This document shows positions 50,649-64,000 of a stretch of DNA of 64,000 bases, one piece after another. A model generated the notes under the pieces. That model saw only the letters and a program-made list of their open reading frames with translations, searched no databases and had not been told where the DNA came from. The position numbers were made by a program, and so were the translations under genes. Source of the stretch: Cyanophora paradoxa CCMP329 (taxonomy: Eukaryota > Plantae > Glaucophyta); assembly GCA_004431415.1 (NCBI GenBank), contig QPMI01000610.1, positions 62,001-126,000 of the forward strand, in the 5' to 3' direction. Numbering within the stretch: the first letter of the stretch is position 1; each line of letters opens with the position of its first letter.

Positions 50649-51252
50649 GGGCGCCGCCTTTCTCTTTCTCGGAGCTCCTTGACGATCTTCTCTTGTAGTT
50701 AGTTATAGCCGTCTTTATTGATGCTGCAGACTACAGCCTAGCTATAGAAATATAGTCAGGCCAGGACTCGCTCCTTTACATGTGTCCCGCCGCGCCCAGT
50801 ACTATTCAAGAGGGCTCGGCGCATTCAGATGTGCATACCGTATTATTGAAATTACAAAGCTACGAACACTTATCGGCGACGAGCTTGCTCGCACGGTTCA
50901 TCCGTGCCACCCCTCCGCCACATTGGGACGAGCCGGGGATGTACATGTTGCCTAGACGGTTGGGGATTTGAGTCGGTGAAGCGCGTGCGCGACTCGCAGC
51001 CTAGCCTGCGGGATCGATCCCGCTGGCGCTTACTGAGGTACGGGCCCCGGGGGATGCCCCGACGCAAGTGAGCTGGGACTTCACGACCGTCGGACTGGCC
51101 TCCGTGCCAGGCTCCGTCGGCTCACCGCGCTGCCTGCAGTGCGGCGCGCCGAGGGCGCCGCGTTGCGTGTAGTTGTCACGACCTTTCTGCGTGCATGGCG
51201 GCGTCAGGTTGATCCCCTCGGCGGACGCGCGGCGCCAGCGCCGACCTGCAGT

Positions 51253-51655
51253 CTACTTCGCCCGCTCGTCGAAAGGGGCGACTTCAGGCAGACGCAGCCC
51301 GACGAGCGCGGCTGAGCGCTCGATGCGCTTCTTCTCCCGCGTCTCCGAGTCGAGGCCGATGCCCATATCGAGGAGCAGATCCTGCGCGGCCCCGCTCAGT
51401 TGCGCGCCGAAGCGTTTCCCACGGTGCGGCGCAGACCAGGTGGCTTTTAACGCTCGTTACCAGGAGCGTGTAGTCGGCTGCGACTTTGCGCAGGTCGGCG
51501 ACGCGCTCCGGCTGCGTTTCCTTCGCGGCAGCCTTGAACTCGGCGCGGAGGAACTCGCGAAACATAGGGTTGGTCTTCCGCGGCCCCAAAGACCTGTCTA
51601 CCGCTCGGAGGAGCGATCGGTAGATCGCCCTGCCCTCGCTCGCGCCGGCGCTCAT
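51253..51655 (-). CDS. LYR-motif mitochondrial protein, FMC1-like (2 exons)
   Basis: MSAGASEGRAIYRSLLRAV...FLRAEF...AADYTLLVTSVKSHL|DLLLDMGIG...IERSAARVGLRLP, which has the LYR motif and an FMC1-type ARVGLxLP ending. Confidence 0.75.
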
Positions 51656-52055
51656 CTTTGTTGGGGTGGGGAGCAGACGGGTCCCGGGTACGGTAGTTCG
51701 GACGCGCTTCTTCAGCTGCCGCGTTCGCTCGCTCGTTTGGTTCGCCGAAGATGTCGTCCCTGGGGTCTGGCCCCTCCGATTCGAAGCTAGGGACAAGCCC
51801 ACGCATCAAGGATGGTGCTCGATCGCGTCGCGCGCCCCACGTGCGCCGATCGGTAGCGTGATCATTCCCTGCTGCGCAGTCATCAGCCCGATGCACCGCG
51901 GCGAGCACGGCTCTGGCCGCGGGTGCGCTGAGCCCCAGCTTTCGAACCGTCCATGCGATCCCCGCACATGCGGGCGTGCCGCGTGCACCTAGATGCTCTA
52001 ATTCTTGCATACGTACGCTTCTAATGCGTTTCCGCACCCTCCCGCGCGCAGAAAC

Positions 52056-54794
<2,739 letters not shown>

Positions 54795-54820
54795 GGCCCC
54801 CGATCGACCCCGCGCCCCCA

Positions 54821-54972
54821 GCTAGCCCCGCAGCGTAGGACCTCCTTGGCCCTTCTGTATCCCTCCCCACCCCGCACGCACCAACCCCGCCTGCCCCCCT
54901 CGCTTCCCATCCTCGGGAGCGCGGAGCAGAATTTTTGTTTCAACAAGGATACCAATTTCAAATCGCGCCATC
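54821..54972 (+). repeat. IMPDH 3' flank, copy A of a diverged direct repeat
   Basis: gctagcc..cgcagcgtaggacc...ccttggcccttctg...cgcaccaaccccgcctg...ggagcaga.tttttgttt... also occurs at 58529-58740. Confidence 0.85.
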
Positions 54973-55306
54973 CGCGCCGCCGGGCCGGGCCGGGCCGGGG
55001 GCTCGAACGATGATTAACCGGACCGGGCCGGGGCCCGGGGGGCTCGGCACGATCCGTCGGTACCCCTTGATCTCGGTACCCCCTTTGACTGTTATCTCTG
55101 TACCCCGGCACACGAGCTGCAGCTGGCTACTAGCTGCGGATGCAGCACACTGTCTTCGCGCGTCAGGCGGCGCGTCAGGCACTTGGAAGTGATCTGGAGG
55201 ATGCTATGATGCCTGCTAGCTGTTCGGTGATCACTTCTCCGTAGCCCGCCGTCCTCCAGCTGCGCGAGCCGCGCACCTCCGCGCGAAGTGAGCGTCGACG
55301 CGGAAC

Positions 55307-58300
55307 ATGGCGTCCGCGGAGAGTCGAGGTACCACGTTTGACGAGAATGGTCGCCCGGCCGCGGAGTGCCCCGTCTGCTTTCGCCGCTTGCAGGAGCCGG
55401 TGCGCGCGCTCTACCCACGGACTAGGCCGCATAGACGTCCAGCTGACTGCTCCGGATCCTGCGCAGGCGGTCGTGATCTGCTCGAGCGGGCACGCTGTCT
55501 GCCGAAGATGCTCGGATGCTTTGACATACGCGGCGACGCTCAAGTGCCCGGTCGCGGGATGCGGAGAGAAGTGCGTGCGATCAATTACAAGATCTGCGCG
55601 CGGTCGTCATGGCTAGCTGGAGCGCCTGACCGAACGCGTCTCATCGCAGGTTACGAAGCTTGGCAGCTGCAGCTGACACGCATGACCAGCTGCAGGCCAG
55701 TTCCCTATCCCTCGAGCTCGCCTCCCAAGCCCCACCTGTGCAACATACCGCGAGTGCCTCGAGCTCCTCCGCCGCTCTGGTTCGGATATCGATATCGTTC
55801 CTTTTCCGCTGGTCTGCGCTCTACATCCTGATCGACCGCTCACAGAATAACGACCAGCTCTGTGCTCTAGGAGACCCACGGCTCTGGACGGAGGACGACG
55901 TCGCAACGTGGATTCGTCAGCTGGGAAAAGTGTCCAAGTGCGCTCTTTCGAGCTTCTAGAATATCGAGCTCTCCGTTCGCGCCCAGGCCACGGGATCTGG
56001 GCGAACGAACAAACATATGCTTATAATTAGTCACTCGGCAGGTTTGTGGACCATTTCGAATTCACGAACGGCCGCGCGCTGCTGGAACTCAGCGAAGCCG
56101 ACCTGAAGGAGATGGGCATCGAGCCCCACGGCGCGCGCCAGCGACTCATGGTCGACATCAACAGCCTGAAAAGAGCTCACGCCTCCGATCATTTCCGAGC
56201 TCACAGCGACAGCGCTAGCCCTGCGCATCCTCGAGTGACCCCGGGCCCACTTCTATTTGGGGATCTGGCCTCGAGCTCGAGCTCGGCCGCGGATGGCAAG
56301 CGCTGGGATGCTTTTGTTAGGTAACTCACCAAGTTTTAAGACATCTCTTAAACTCTTGAACTCATAAACATCCCGTACGCGTGTCAGTTATGCGCACAAG
56401 GACCAAGACAAAGTTCTTCGATATGTCACCCTGATGGAGCATGCAGGGATTTCGGTTTGGTGTGCTGTCTTTTGCGCCCGATCGGCTTTTTTTCCGCGCG
56501 CATCATGAAAGTGACCTATAGCTATCTGCCTTATTTCGCAGGATCGACCGGGAGCTTAGAGCTGGGAGGCCGTGGATGCCGGTAAGCTTCGAACTTCTGT
56601 TCCCCTATCATGACCATGAGATTATAATTACTTGCGTTGACTTTGCTAACGATCATGATTCTGATCAGGAAATCGCTCAAGCAATGGTGAACAGCTGGGC
56701 CTTCGTCGTGTTTCTTTCTCCGGCCTACTTCGATTCTCGGAACTGCGACGACGAGTTCCAGGTGCCTGCTTCGAGCTCGAGCCCGCGACCGCAGCCGTCC
56801 TGAGCTAAGAACGCTGCCGTCCTGCTCTTGCGGTCGCTTACAGTCGCTCCCGATCGAACTCGCAGTACGCGCACCACGTGCTGCGGATGCCGAAGTACCC
56901 CGTGTGGCTCAAGCCCCCGGCCTCGTGCACAAAATACCAGCAGCTACGCGACTACCAGTGCGCGCGTCTCTTTTGAAATCATAGCCAGGCGATCGCGATC
57001 ACTTAACATGTAGACTGACTCGGCTTGGTCTTTGGTTTGCAGCATGATGCTCACGAAGGAGGGCTGGACCGTCCAGAAGGATGATCGCGATGCCTCCGTG
57101 GAGGAAGCGGCCGCGTTTCTAATACGCGGACTTGTCGAGAACCTGCGCCTGAGCCAAGCAGCTGCAGCGTCAAGCCAGGCACAGATGCATGGTGCCTTCG
57201 TGTTGACGTGCTCTTTGAACCGCGGCTGCTTCGTTTTGATCTTGAACAGACTCAAGCGCTAGCGCTAGCGCCGCGACAGTGGCACAAGAACTGCTGGTGA
57301 AGTCGACACATGCACAGGGCCCAGTTGCAAGCTCCGAAGTAGCGACACAGGCGCCGGCAGTAGGAGGATCCGGACTGACACAAGCGCCGGCGGTAGGATC
57401 ACCAACACAGGCGCCGGCGCCACATGCATGTGGCAGTGACGGTGGAGACTCGGCAAGCGCTGCAGACGTCGATATCGTGCAGCTCGTTTTCCGAGCACAG
57501 GCGGCCCGTGCCACCTTGGACTGCCGAAGCGACGAGAAGATGCTCGAGGTCCTGTCTCGAGCGAAGGAAGCGCTGGGTTGCGCCGTCTTGACGCCGGTAT
57601 GCGCTGTTAACTTGGAGATGTGGACCCTTGGTCTATTGGAAATTGATTTCTCTTTTCCGTTGCAGCAAAACATCCGTCTAGTGAGGCGTGGCGAAAGGAG
57701 CTATCCCCACATTTGCTACGAAATAGTCAGACATCAAGCAAGCCAAACGGTCGCTCAAGCCGGGCTTCAGACTGGCTGCGAGATTTTCGTGTCGGTTCAA
57801 ATTGAATCAAAGGATCAACCATCGCAAAGTTCGACTCTTCCTCATCATACTCTCTCACACAGCTTCCCTCATTTTAACGGCGCCGCGTCCAGGCGCGGAA
57901 CCCGAACCTGCCTCCATCCCCGCATCAGCTCCAACCTTGCAGTCGGAAACTCTAGAGTGCTCGAGCAGCTTGGCAGTGGTTCGACTGGAACCTGTCGAGG
58001 AGTTTGTGCCTGTCGACGGCGAAGACCCGGATGTCGCGTTGTCTCGGCTCGCCAAGGCGCGAAGGTGGCAGCGGTGCCCCCAGTGCAGGATGTACATCAT
58101 CAACGATGGCGGCTGCAACCACATGCGCTGCACCGTGCGTGTTGTCACTGCAATCGCGACAGCCATCTGGATCTGACGTGCCCCATCCGATTCTGTAGTG
58201 CGGAACGGAGTTCTGTTACACGTGCGGGGTTCGTGTCCTCGTTTGTCTCCGGGCTTGCACCCTCCGGATCCCCGCAGCTGCCGCGTGGTCTCTGATCGCC

Positions 58301-58458
58301 CTCTCGCCGTTGGCCGTGTGCAGGAGGGTTTCTCATCAAGCCACGACGGCTGCTGGGAAGGGAACACGGCTCAATGCCGGCATTGGAGCCATCACTTCTC
58401 TGCAGCGCACCCGTTGTTCACAGAGGCCGTTTTAATGCGCATGCAGGACCTCGCTTAA
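55307..58458 (+). CDS. RING - SAM - TIR - ubiquitin-like - RING2 (RBR Rcat) multidomain protein
   Basis: RING CPVC...CSSGHAVCRRC...CPVAGC. SAM WTEDDVATWIRQLG...NGRALLELSEADLKEMGI..HGARQRL. TIR DAFV|SYAHKD...GISVW|ID.ELRAG..W..|EIAQAM...FVVFLSPAYFDSRNCDDEF. Ubl-like ...QNIRLV...TVAQAGLQTGCEIFV. Rcat WQRCPQC...DGGCNHMRCT|CGTEFCYTCG. TAA at 58458. Confidence 0.85.
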
Positions 58459-58528
58459 GATTCGAGGTCTTCGAGCGAGCTCGAGATTACGCTATTCTGA
58501 GCTGAGCTATTCTACATATGCATAGCTA

Positions 58529-58740
58529 GCTAGCCTCGCAGCGTAGGACCAGCCTACCTCCTTGGTCCTTCTGCTTCCCTCCACCGTGGCACACGTGCAC
58601 CCCTTATATTACGCACCAACCCCCGCCTGGCCCGTGGCCTCCTAGGGCCTCGCTTCTCCATGCCTCGGAAGCGAGGAGCAGAGTTTTTGTTTTAAAATGT
58701 ACAAGAATATCAATTTCGAAATTCATTTCGCGCACCATCC
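58529..58740 (+). repeat. Copy B of the IMPDH 3'-flank direct repeat, expanded by short palindromic insertions
   Basis: Collinear with 54821-54972 but about 60 nt longer. Confidence 0.85.
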
Positions 58741-58888
58741 TCCGGGCTGGGCGGGGGGAAACTCGAGGATAAAAAAGTTGGGGCGCGGAGCACGAAGCCC
58801 TACCCTAGAATTCAATATAAATAACAATCACGCAAGAGTGGCACAAAGCGAAGCAGAGGGGAGGGGGGGCGCGGGGGCGGGGCCGGCC

Positions 58889-61800
58889 TCAGTAGAAGTC
58901 GCACTCGAAGAAGAACTTGGCGGCGACGCGCGGGCTCAGGTGCAGCGCCTCCAGCAGCGCCACGTGCGCTGGCCCCGCCCCTCAGCGCCCGCCGGGGCGG
59001 GGCGGGGCGGGGCTGGCGGGGCGGGGCGGGGGCGGACCGTGCGGGGAGAGGTTCCCCCCGAGGAGGTCGAGCTCCTCGAGCGCCGGCGACTCCGCCACGC
59101 CCTGCGCCCCGCCTCAGCCCCGCGGCGGGCGGCCCGGGCGGGCGGGGCGGGCCTTGGCGAGGGCGCGGCCCTCGTCGTCGCGGAGCTGGGCGCCGCGGAG
59201 GCGGAGGGAGCGGAGGGAGCGGGAGCGCGCGAGGGCGCCCGCCAGCTCCCGCGCCCCTGCGCCGACACCACCCGCGCGTCCAGCGCCAGCTCCTGCAGCG
59301 CCGCCGCCTCCCCCGCCGCCCCGCCACCGCCGCGAACACTGCCCCCGCCCCCCGCTCGACCCGCCCCGCGCCCGGCGAGGGGCGGGCGGGGCGCACGGGC
59401 GGGGCGGGGTTGCCCTCGAGGTTGAGGTGCGTGAGGGTCGCGTTCCGCCGCAGCGCCGCCGCCGCCACGCCGGCCACTGCGCGCGGGGCGTCGGTGCAGG
59501 GCGCGGGGGCGGGGCGGGGGCGGGGCGGGCCGTCGTCGGTGAGGCCGTTGGAGGCGAGGTCGAGCTTCCGCAGGCCGCCGTTCTGCCCCAGCGCCTCCAG
59601 AAGCGCCCCGCACCCTGCCCCCGTCAGCCGCGCCGGGCGGGGCGGGGCGGCCGGGGCGGGCGCCTGGGGCCCGAGGCCGCAGTCGGCGAGGAGCAGCTCC
59701 TGCAGGCTCCGGTTCCGCGCCAGGAACGCCCCGAACGCCGGCTCCGGCGGCGCCCCTGCCCCCGCCTCAGCGGCGCGGGCGCGGGCGCGGGGCGGCGGGG
59801 CGGGGCGGGGCGGGCCGGAGCGGTCGGGCCCGAGGCTGTTCTTGGAGAGGCGGAGGGTGCGCAGGGCGGTGTTCTGCTGGAGTGCCTGGGCGAGGCCGGC
59901 GGCGCCGCGGGCGGAGATGCCGGAGTTGACGAGGGAGAGGCACGTGAGGGCGCGGTTCCCCGCCAGGTGCTCCCCCCCGGCGCCTCCACTGCCGCCCCGC
60001 TCGCCCCGCGCCGCGCGGGCCGGGGCGGGGCGGGGCGGCGGGCACCGTTCTGGCCGTCGAGCTCGAGGGTCTGGAGGGCGGCGTTGGAGCGGAGGGCGCG
60101 CAGGAGGGCCTGGCACCCCGCCGACTCCACCCTGCGCCCCCTCAGCCGCTGGCGGCGGGCGGAGGGGCGGGGCGGCGCGCTTGACGCGGTCGATGGACTT
60201 GGAGAGGGCGAGGCGGCGGAGGCTCCGGTTCTGCTCGAGGGCGCGCGCCAGGGCCGCCGCCCCCCGGTCCCCCACCCGGTTCTCCGACAGGTCCAGCACC
60301 TGCGCCCCGCTCGCCGCGCGCGGGGCGCGGGCGGGGCGGGGCGGGGCGGGGCGGGGGGCGGGCCTCGAGGACGGCGTTCTGCTCGAGGGCCTGGGCGACC
60401 CACTGGACGCCGTCGTCGTTGAACTTGTTGCCGCAGAGCACGAGCTCCCGCAGGCTCCCGTGCGACGCCAGCGGGCCCGCCAGCCGCCGCAGCCCTGCGC
60501 AGGCCGCTCGATCCGCCGCGTGGACTTGGCCGGGGCGGGCGGGGGGGCGGGGACCGTCGTTGGTGAGGAAGGTGCTCTCGAGGGAGAGGACGGCGAGCGT
60601 GCGCGAGTTCGCCAGCACGTCCGCCACCTCCTGCAGGCCTGCCCGCCCGCGCCGCGGCGCCCCGTAAGCGAGAGGAGCCGGCGCCGGAGCGGCGGTGGGC
60701 GGCGGGCCCCGCGCACCCTCGTCGTAGAGCTCGTTGTTGGCGAGGTCGAGGCGGGTGAGGGTGCGGTGGGCGCGCAGCCCGCCGCAGAGCCCCTGCCCCG
60801 CCCCTCAGAGGGAAGAAAGAGAGCGGGGCGGGGGGGGGGGGGGGGGGGGGAGGGGGGGGGGGGGGGCGGGCCTGGATGCCGGAGAGGTCGTAGACGGCGA
60901 ACTCGTCGTCCTCGTCGTCCGTCGCCTCCCCGCTGCGCCCCGCCGGCTCAGCGCCGAGGGCTGAGCTGGGCAGGGCCGGGGAGGGCCGCCACGCGCCTGG
61001 TGTCGTCGTGCGGCTCCTCCCCGTACTCGGGAGCCGCCGCCATCACCTTCATCGCCGTGTTGTGCCTTCCCCCACACCCGAGTCGGCGGCGGGTGCGGGC
61101 GGGGGGCGGGGCGGGGGCGGGGCGGGGGCGGGTGCGGCGCACAGGTTGGGCTGCGACATGCGGCGGAGGGTCTGGCGGACGGAGAGCTCCGAGACGGACG
61201 TGATCGTCGAGAGCGTCGCCACGAAGTCTGAGGGGGGGAGATGAGGAAGCTGAGCGCGAGAGGGGAAGGGGCGGGGGCGGGGGCGGGGGCGGGCCCTTCA
61301 TGTTCTGGAGGCGCTTGAGGACGGCGCGGGTGTCGGTGCGGGCGCGGAGCTCGCGGATGTGCTTCGAGATGCACTCCGCCAGGATCCGGTCGAAGTCGTC
61401 GTCCAGGCCCCGGTCCACCTGGGGCAGACGATCAGAGGGACGATCGGGTGAAGGAGAGGGAAGGGAGGACCATGGCGGCCCAGTCGATGGCGTTCATCTC
61501 GTCGCGCACGCGCTCCGCCACGGCGTCCGCGTCGGCGCCCTCGTGCCGCCCCCCCGCCTTCTGGCCCGCCCCCAGCGACCCCGCCTCCCGGTGGCCCGAC
61601 GGGCCGGTCCCCGGCAGCGCGGGGGCCCCCTTCCGCGACTTGGCTGCGGGGGCGAGGGAGGAAGCTCAGGGGAGCCGCCGAGCGCGGGGGAGGCGGGGCG
61701 GGGCGGGCCGATGTGGTTGTTGCGGAGGAGGAGCGTCTGGAGGCCGCTGTTGGAGCGCAGCGCCTCCCCCAGCGCCTCCGCCCCTGCGCGGCAGCAGGGC

Positions 61801-64000
61801 TGAGCGAGGGCGGGGCCGGGCGGGGCGGGACGGGCGGGCGGGCCCTCGGCGCCGATCTTGCAGGAGGCGAGGTTCAGCGTCGCGAGCGTCCGCTGCGAGC
61901 GCAGCACGCCGGCAATCGCCTGGAAGCCTGCGCCGCCCCTCAGAGGCCGGGAGGAGGCGCCGGGGCGGAGGGGGGGCGGGCGGGCCGAAGACGGTGGTGG
62001 TGCAGGAGGCCATGACGAGCTCGGTGAGGGAGCCGTTGCGGGCGAGCATGCCGGCGAGGGCCTGCGCGCCGCTGTCCAGCAGGTGGTTCCGCCCCATCGT
62101 CAGCTTCTTCACCCCCCGGCTCTCCTTCAGCGCGTCGCAGATCGCGAAGATGCCTGCGCGCCGCCGCGTCGGAAATCGACCCGGCCGCGCTGGAGGCGCT
62201 CCGGGGCGCACCGCCCTCGCCGAGGTGGCAGTAGTCGAGGTCGAGGGCCGTCAGCTGCGCCCCGTCAGGGCGGGAGGGGCAGAGGGCGCGGGGGAGAGGG
62301 CGGGGCGGGGCGCCTGGCGGGAGGAGCGGACGCCCTCGGAGACGCCGTGCGCGTCGGCTGGGGAGCAGCCGAGGCCGGCGAGCGGGAGGGAGCCGGCGCG
62401 GTCCATCAGGAGCGCCCACGCCGGCGCCAGGCTCATGTGCTCGACCGCCCGCGCCATGTCCCGGCTCTTGCGGTCGAACCAGCGCCCCGCCTCGCCGCCC
62501 CGCGCCGCCGCGTGCGCCTTCTCGACGAAGACCGCCGCGAGCCGCCGGTGCCACGCCCCGTCCCGCTCCGCCCACCCGGGCACCTGCTTCTCCTGCGCCG
62601 CCGCCCGCCCGCCCGCCCGGCTCGGCTCGGGGCGCGGACGCGAGCGAAGAGCTCCAAAAGCGCACGGGGCGGAGGTGCTCGCAGTGGGCGGCCACGGCGA
62701 AGTCGGGGCAGGCGGCCGGGCACTGGCAGAGGTACCGCCCCCGCACCGCCTGCCACGCGAGTGGGCGAGTGGGGCGGGGCGGGGCGGGCGGAAGGGGCGC
62801 ACGCGGGCGACGGCGGCGTGGCGGAGGGCGTAGTAGTCGCCGTCGGGCCCCGGGGCGCGGCGGTGGCAGAGGGCGGCGACGCCGGCGTGCCAGGCGGTCG
62901 CCCACGCGGCGGCGGCCTGGGGCCCCGCGGCGGCGGCGGCGTCGCGCTCGGCGATGCCGGCGCGAGAGAGGGCGAGGACGGAGAGGATGGCGGCGGCGGC
63001 CTCGCGCCCGACGGCCGCCTCGACGCGCTCGAGCAGCGCCTGCACGGCCGCCTGCACCGTCCCGGGGCAGCGCCCGGCGTCCCCGCCCGAGAAGCGCACG
63101 AGGGCCTGGGCGAGGGCGAGGAAGAGCGGGAGGCCGCCGTCGGGGCGCCGGGCGAGCCCCGCGGCGTCCCCGGCCCACGGGTCGGCGCGGCGGGGGCCCC
63201 AGGGCAGGCCCGAGGCGGCGGCGGCGGCGAGAAGCGCCCCCGCCTCGCCCTCGGCGCGGCGCTCGAGCTGGACGAGGGCGGCGCGCTTGGCCTGCGCGGC
63301 GCGGAGCAGCGCCCCGCGGGAGGCGTCGACGGCGACGAGGAAGTGGACGTGGCTCGGGGCCCCCTCGATGGGGAGCCAGTCGAGGGAGTCGCCGGCGCCG
63401 AGCTCATCGGCGCCGTCCACGACGACGAGCACGGGCGCCCCGTGCGGGAGCTCCTGGCAGAGCCGCGCCGCCGCCTCCGCCAGCTCCTCCGCCTCGTTCG
63501 CCGGCGGCACGTCCGTCTCCGGCAGGCCCAGAATCGCCGCCAGCTGCAGGCAGACCCGCCTGCGCCGGCGCAGGTCAGCGCGAGAGGGCGCGGGGGGTGC
63601 GCGGCGGGGCGCACCGGAGGGCGTGGGGGACGGAGGGCGCGCGCGCGCAGGCCTCGGGGAAGTAGGCCGCCACCGCGCCCCAGCCCGAGCTACGGGGGGT
63701 ACCAGCGTCAGGGGATGAGGTGGGGGTGAGGACCACGGGTACGCGTACCCGGGCTGCCAGGCGTCGACGCAGAGGCGAGCGAGGAGGGAGGTCTTGCCGG
63801 CGCCGGCCTCGCCGGCCAGCAGGGTGCAGCGCGCCTGCGCCGCCCGCTGCCAGACCGACTGGACCGTCGCCGCGCCGCCGGAGGGGACGTAGTGGCGCGC
63901 GGCGGCGGCCGCCCAGCGCCGCATTTCCCGCTCGTCCCGCACCACGTCGTCGTCCGGGTCCTGCGCCCCGCGGCCGCTCAGCTGGGCGCCGGGCGGGCGG
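58889..64000 (-). CDS. NACHT/STAND P-loop NTPase + RNI-like leucine-rich repeats (NLR-like); 5' end outside the window
   Basis: Walker A LLAGEAGAGKTSLLARL, Walker B VLVVVDGADEL, LDWLP, GLPLFL. Many 28-aa LRR exons follow (LTALDLDYCHLGEG, LATLNLASCKIGAEG, LRELVLCGNKFNDDG, LDLSENRVGDRG, LRKLDLASNGLTDD). Ends KFFFECDFY*. Confidence 0.85.

Overview
This is a eukaryotic, very GC-rich, intron-dense genomic window. Introns are mostly about 50-100 nt with G(T/C)NCG-like donors and CT(G/C)AC/CTGAG branch sites. The style suggests a GC-rich alga or protist, possibly glaucophyte/Cyanophora-like, but that is only a guess. The ORF track is largely misleading, so genes were rebuilt by manual splicing. Gene order: DUF4062-domain gene (5' part, - strand, runs off the left edge); PARG; an Arl13-like pseudo-GTPase + 8 tandem protoglobin domains + coiled-coil gene (-); an ankyrin-repeat/polycystin-2-like channel fusion; a hypothetical gene; Raptor; an L-type lectin; a RING/TRAF-zinc-finger fragment; a conserved hypothetical gene; a second Arl13-like + 4 protoglobin + coiled-coil paralog (+); an FMC1-like LYR protein; IMPDH, with three putative H/ACA snoRNA copies in its last intron; a RING-SAM-TIR-Ubl-RING2 gene; and a NACHT-LRR (NLR-like) gene running off the right edge. 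The most notable observations are the two inverted poly-globin/Arl13-like paralogs, the ankyrin-PKD2 channel head-to-head with one of them, the TIR/NLR-like pair, frequent GC-AG introns with 4-14 nt microexons, and noncoding DNA packed with nested short palindromes that appear to arise by templated insertion.
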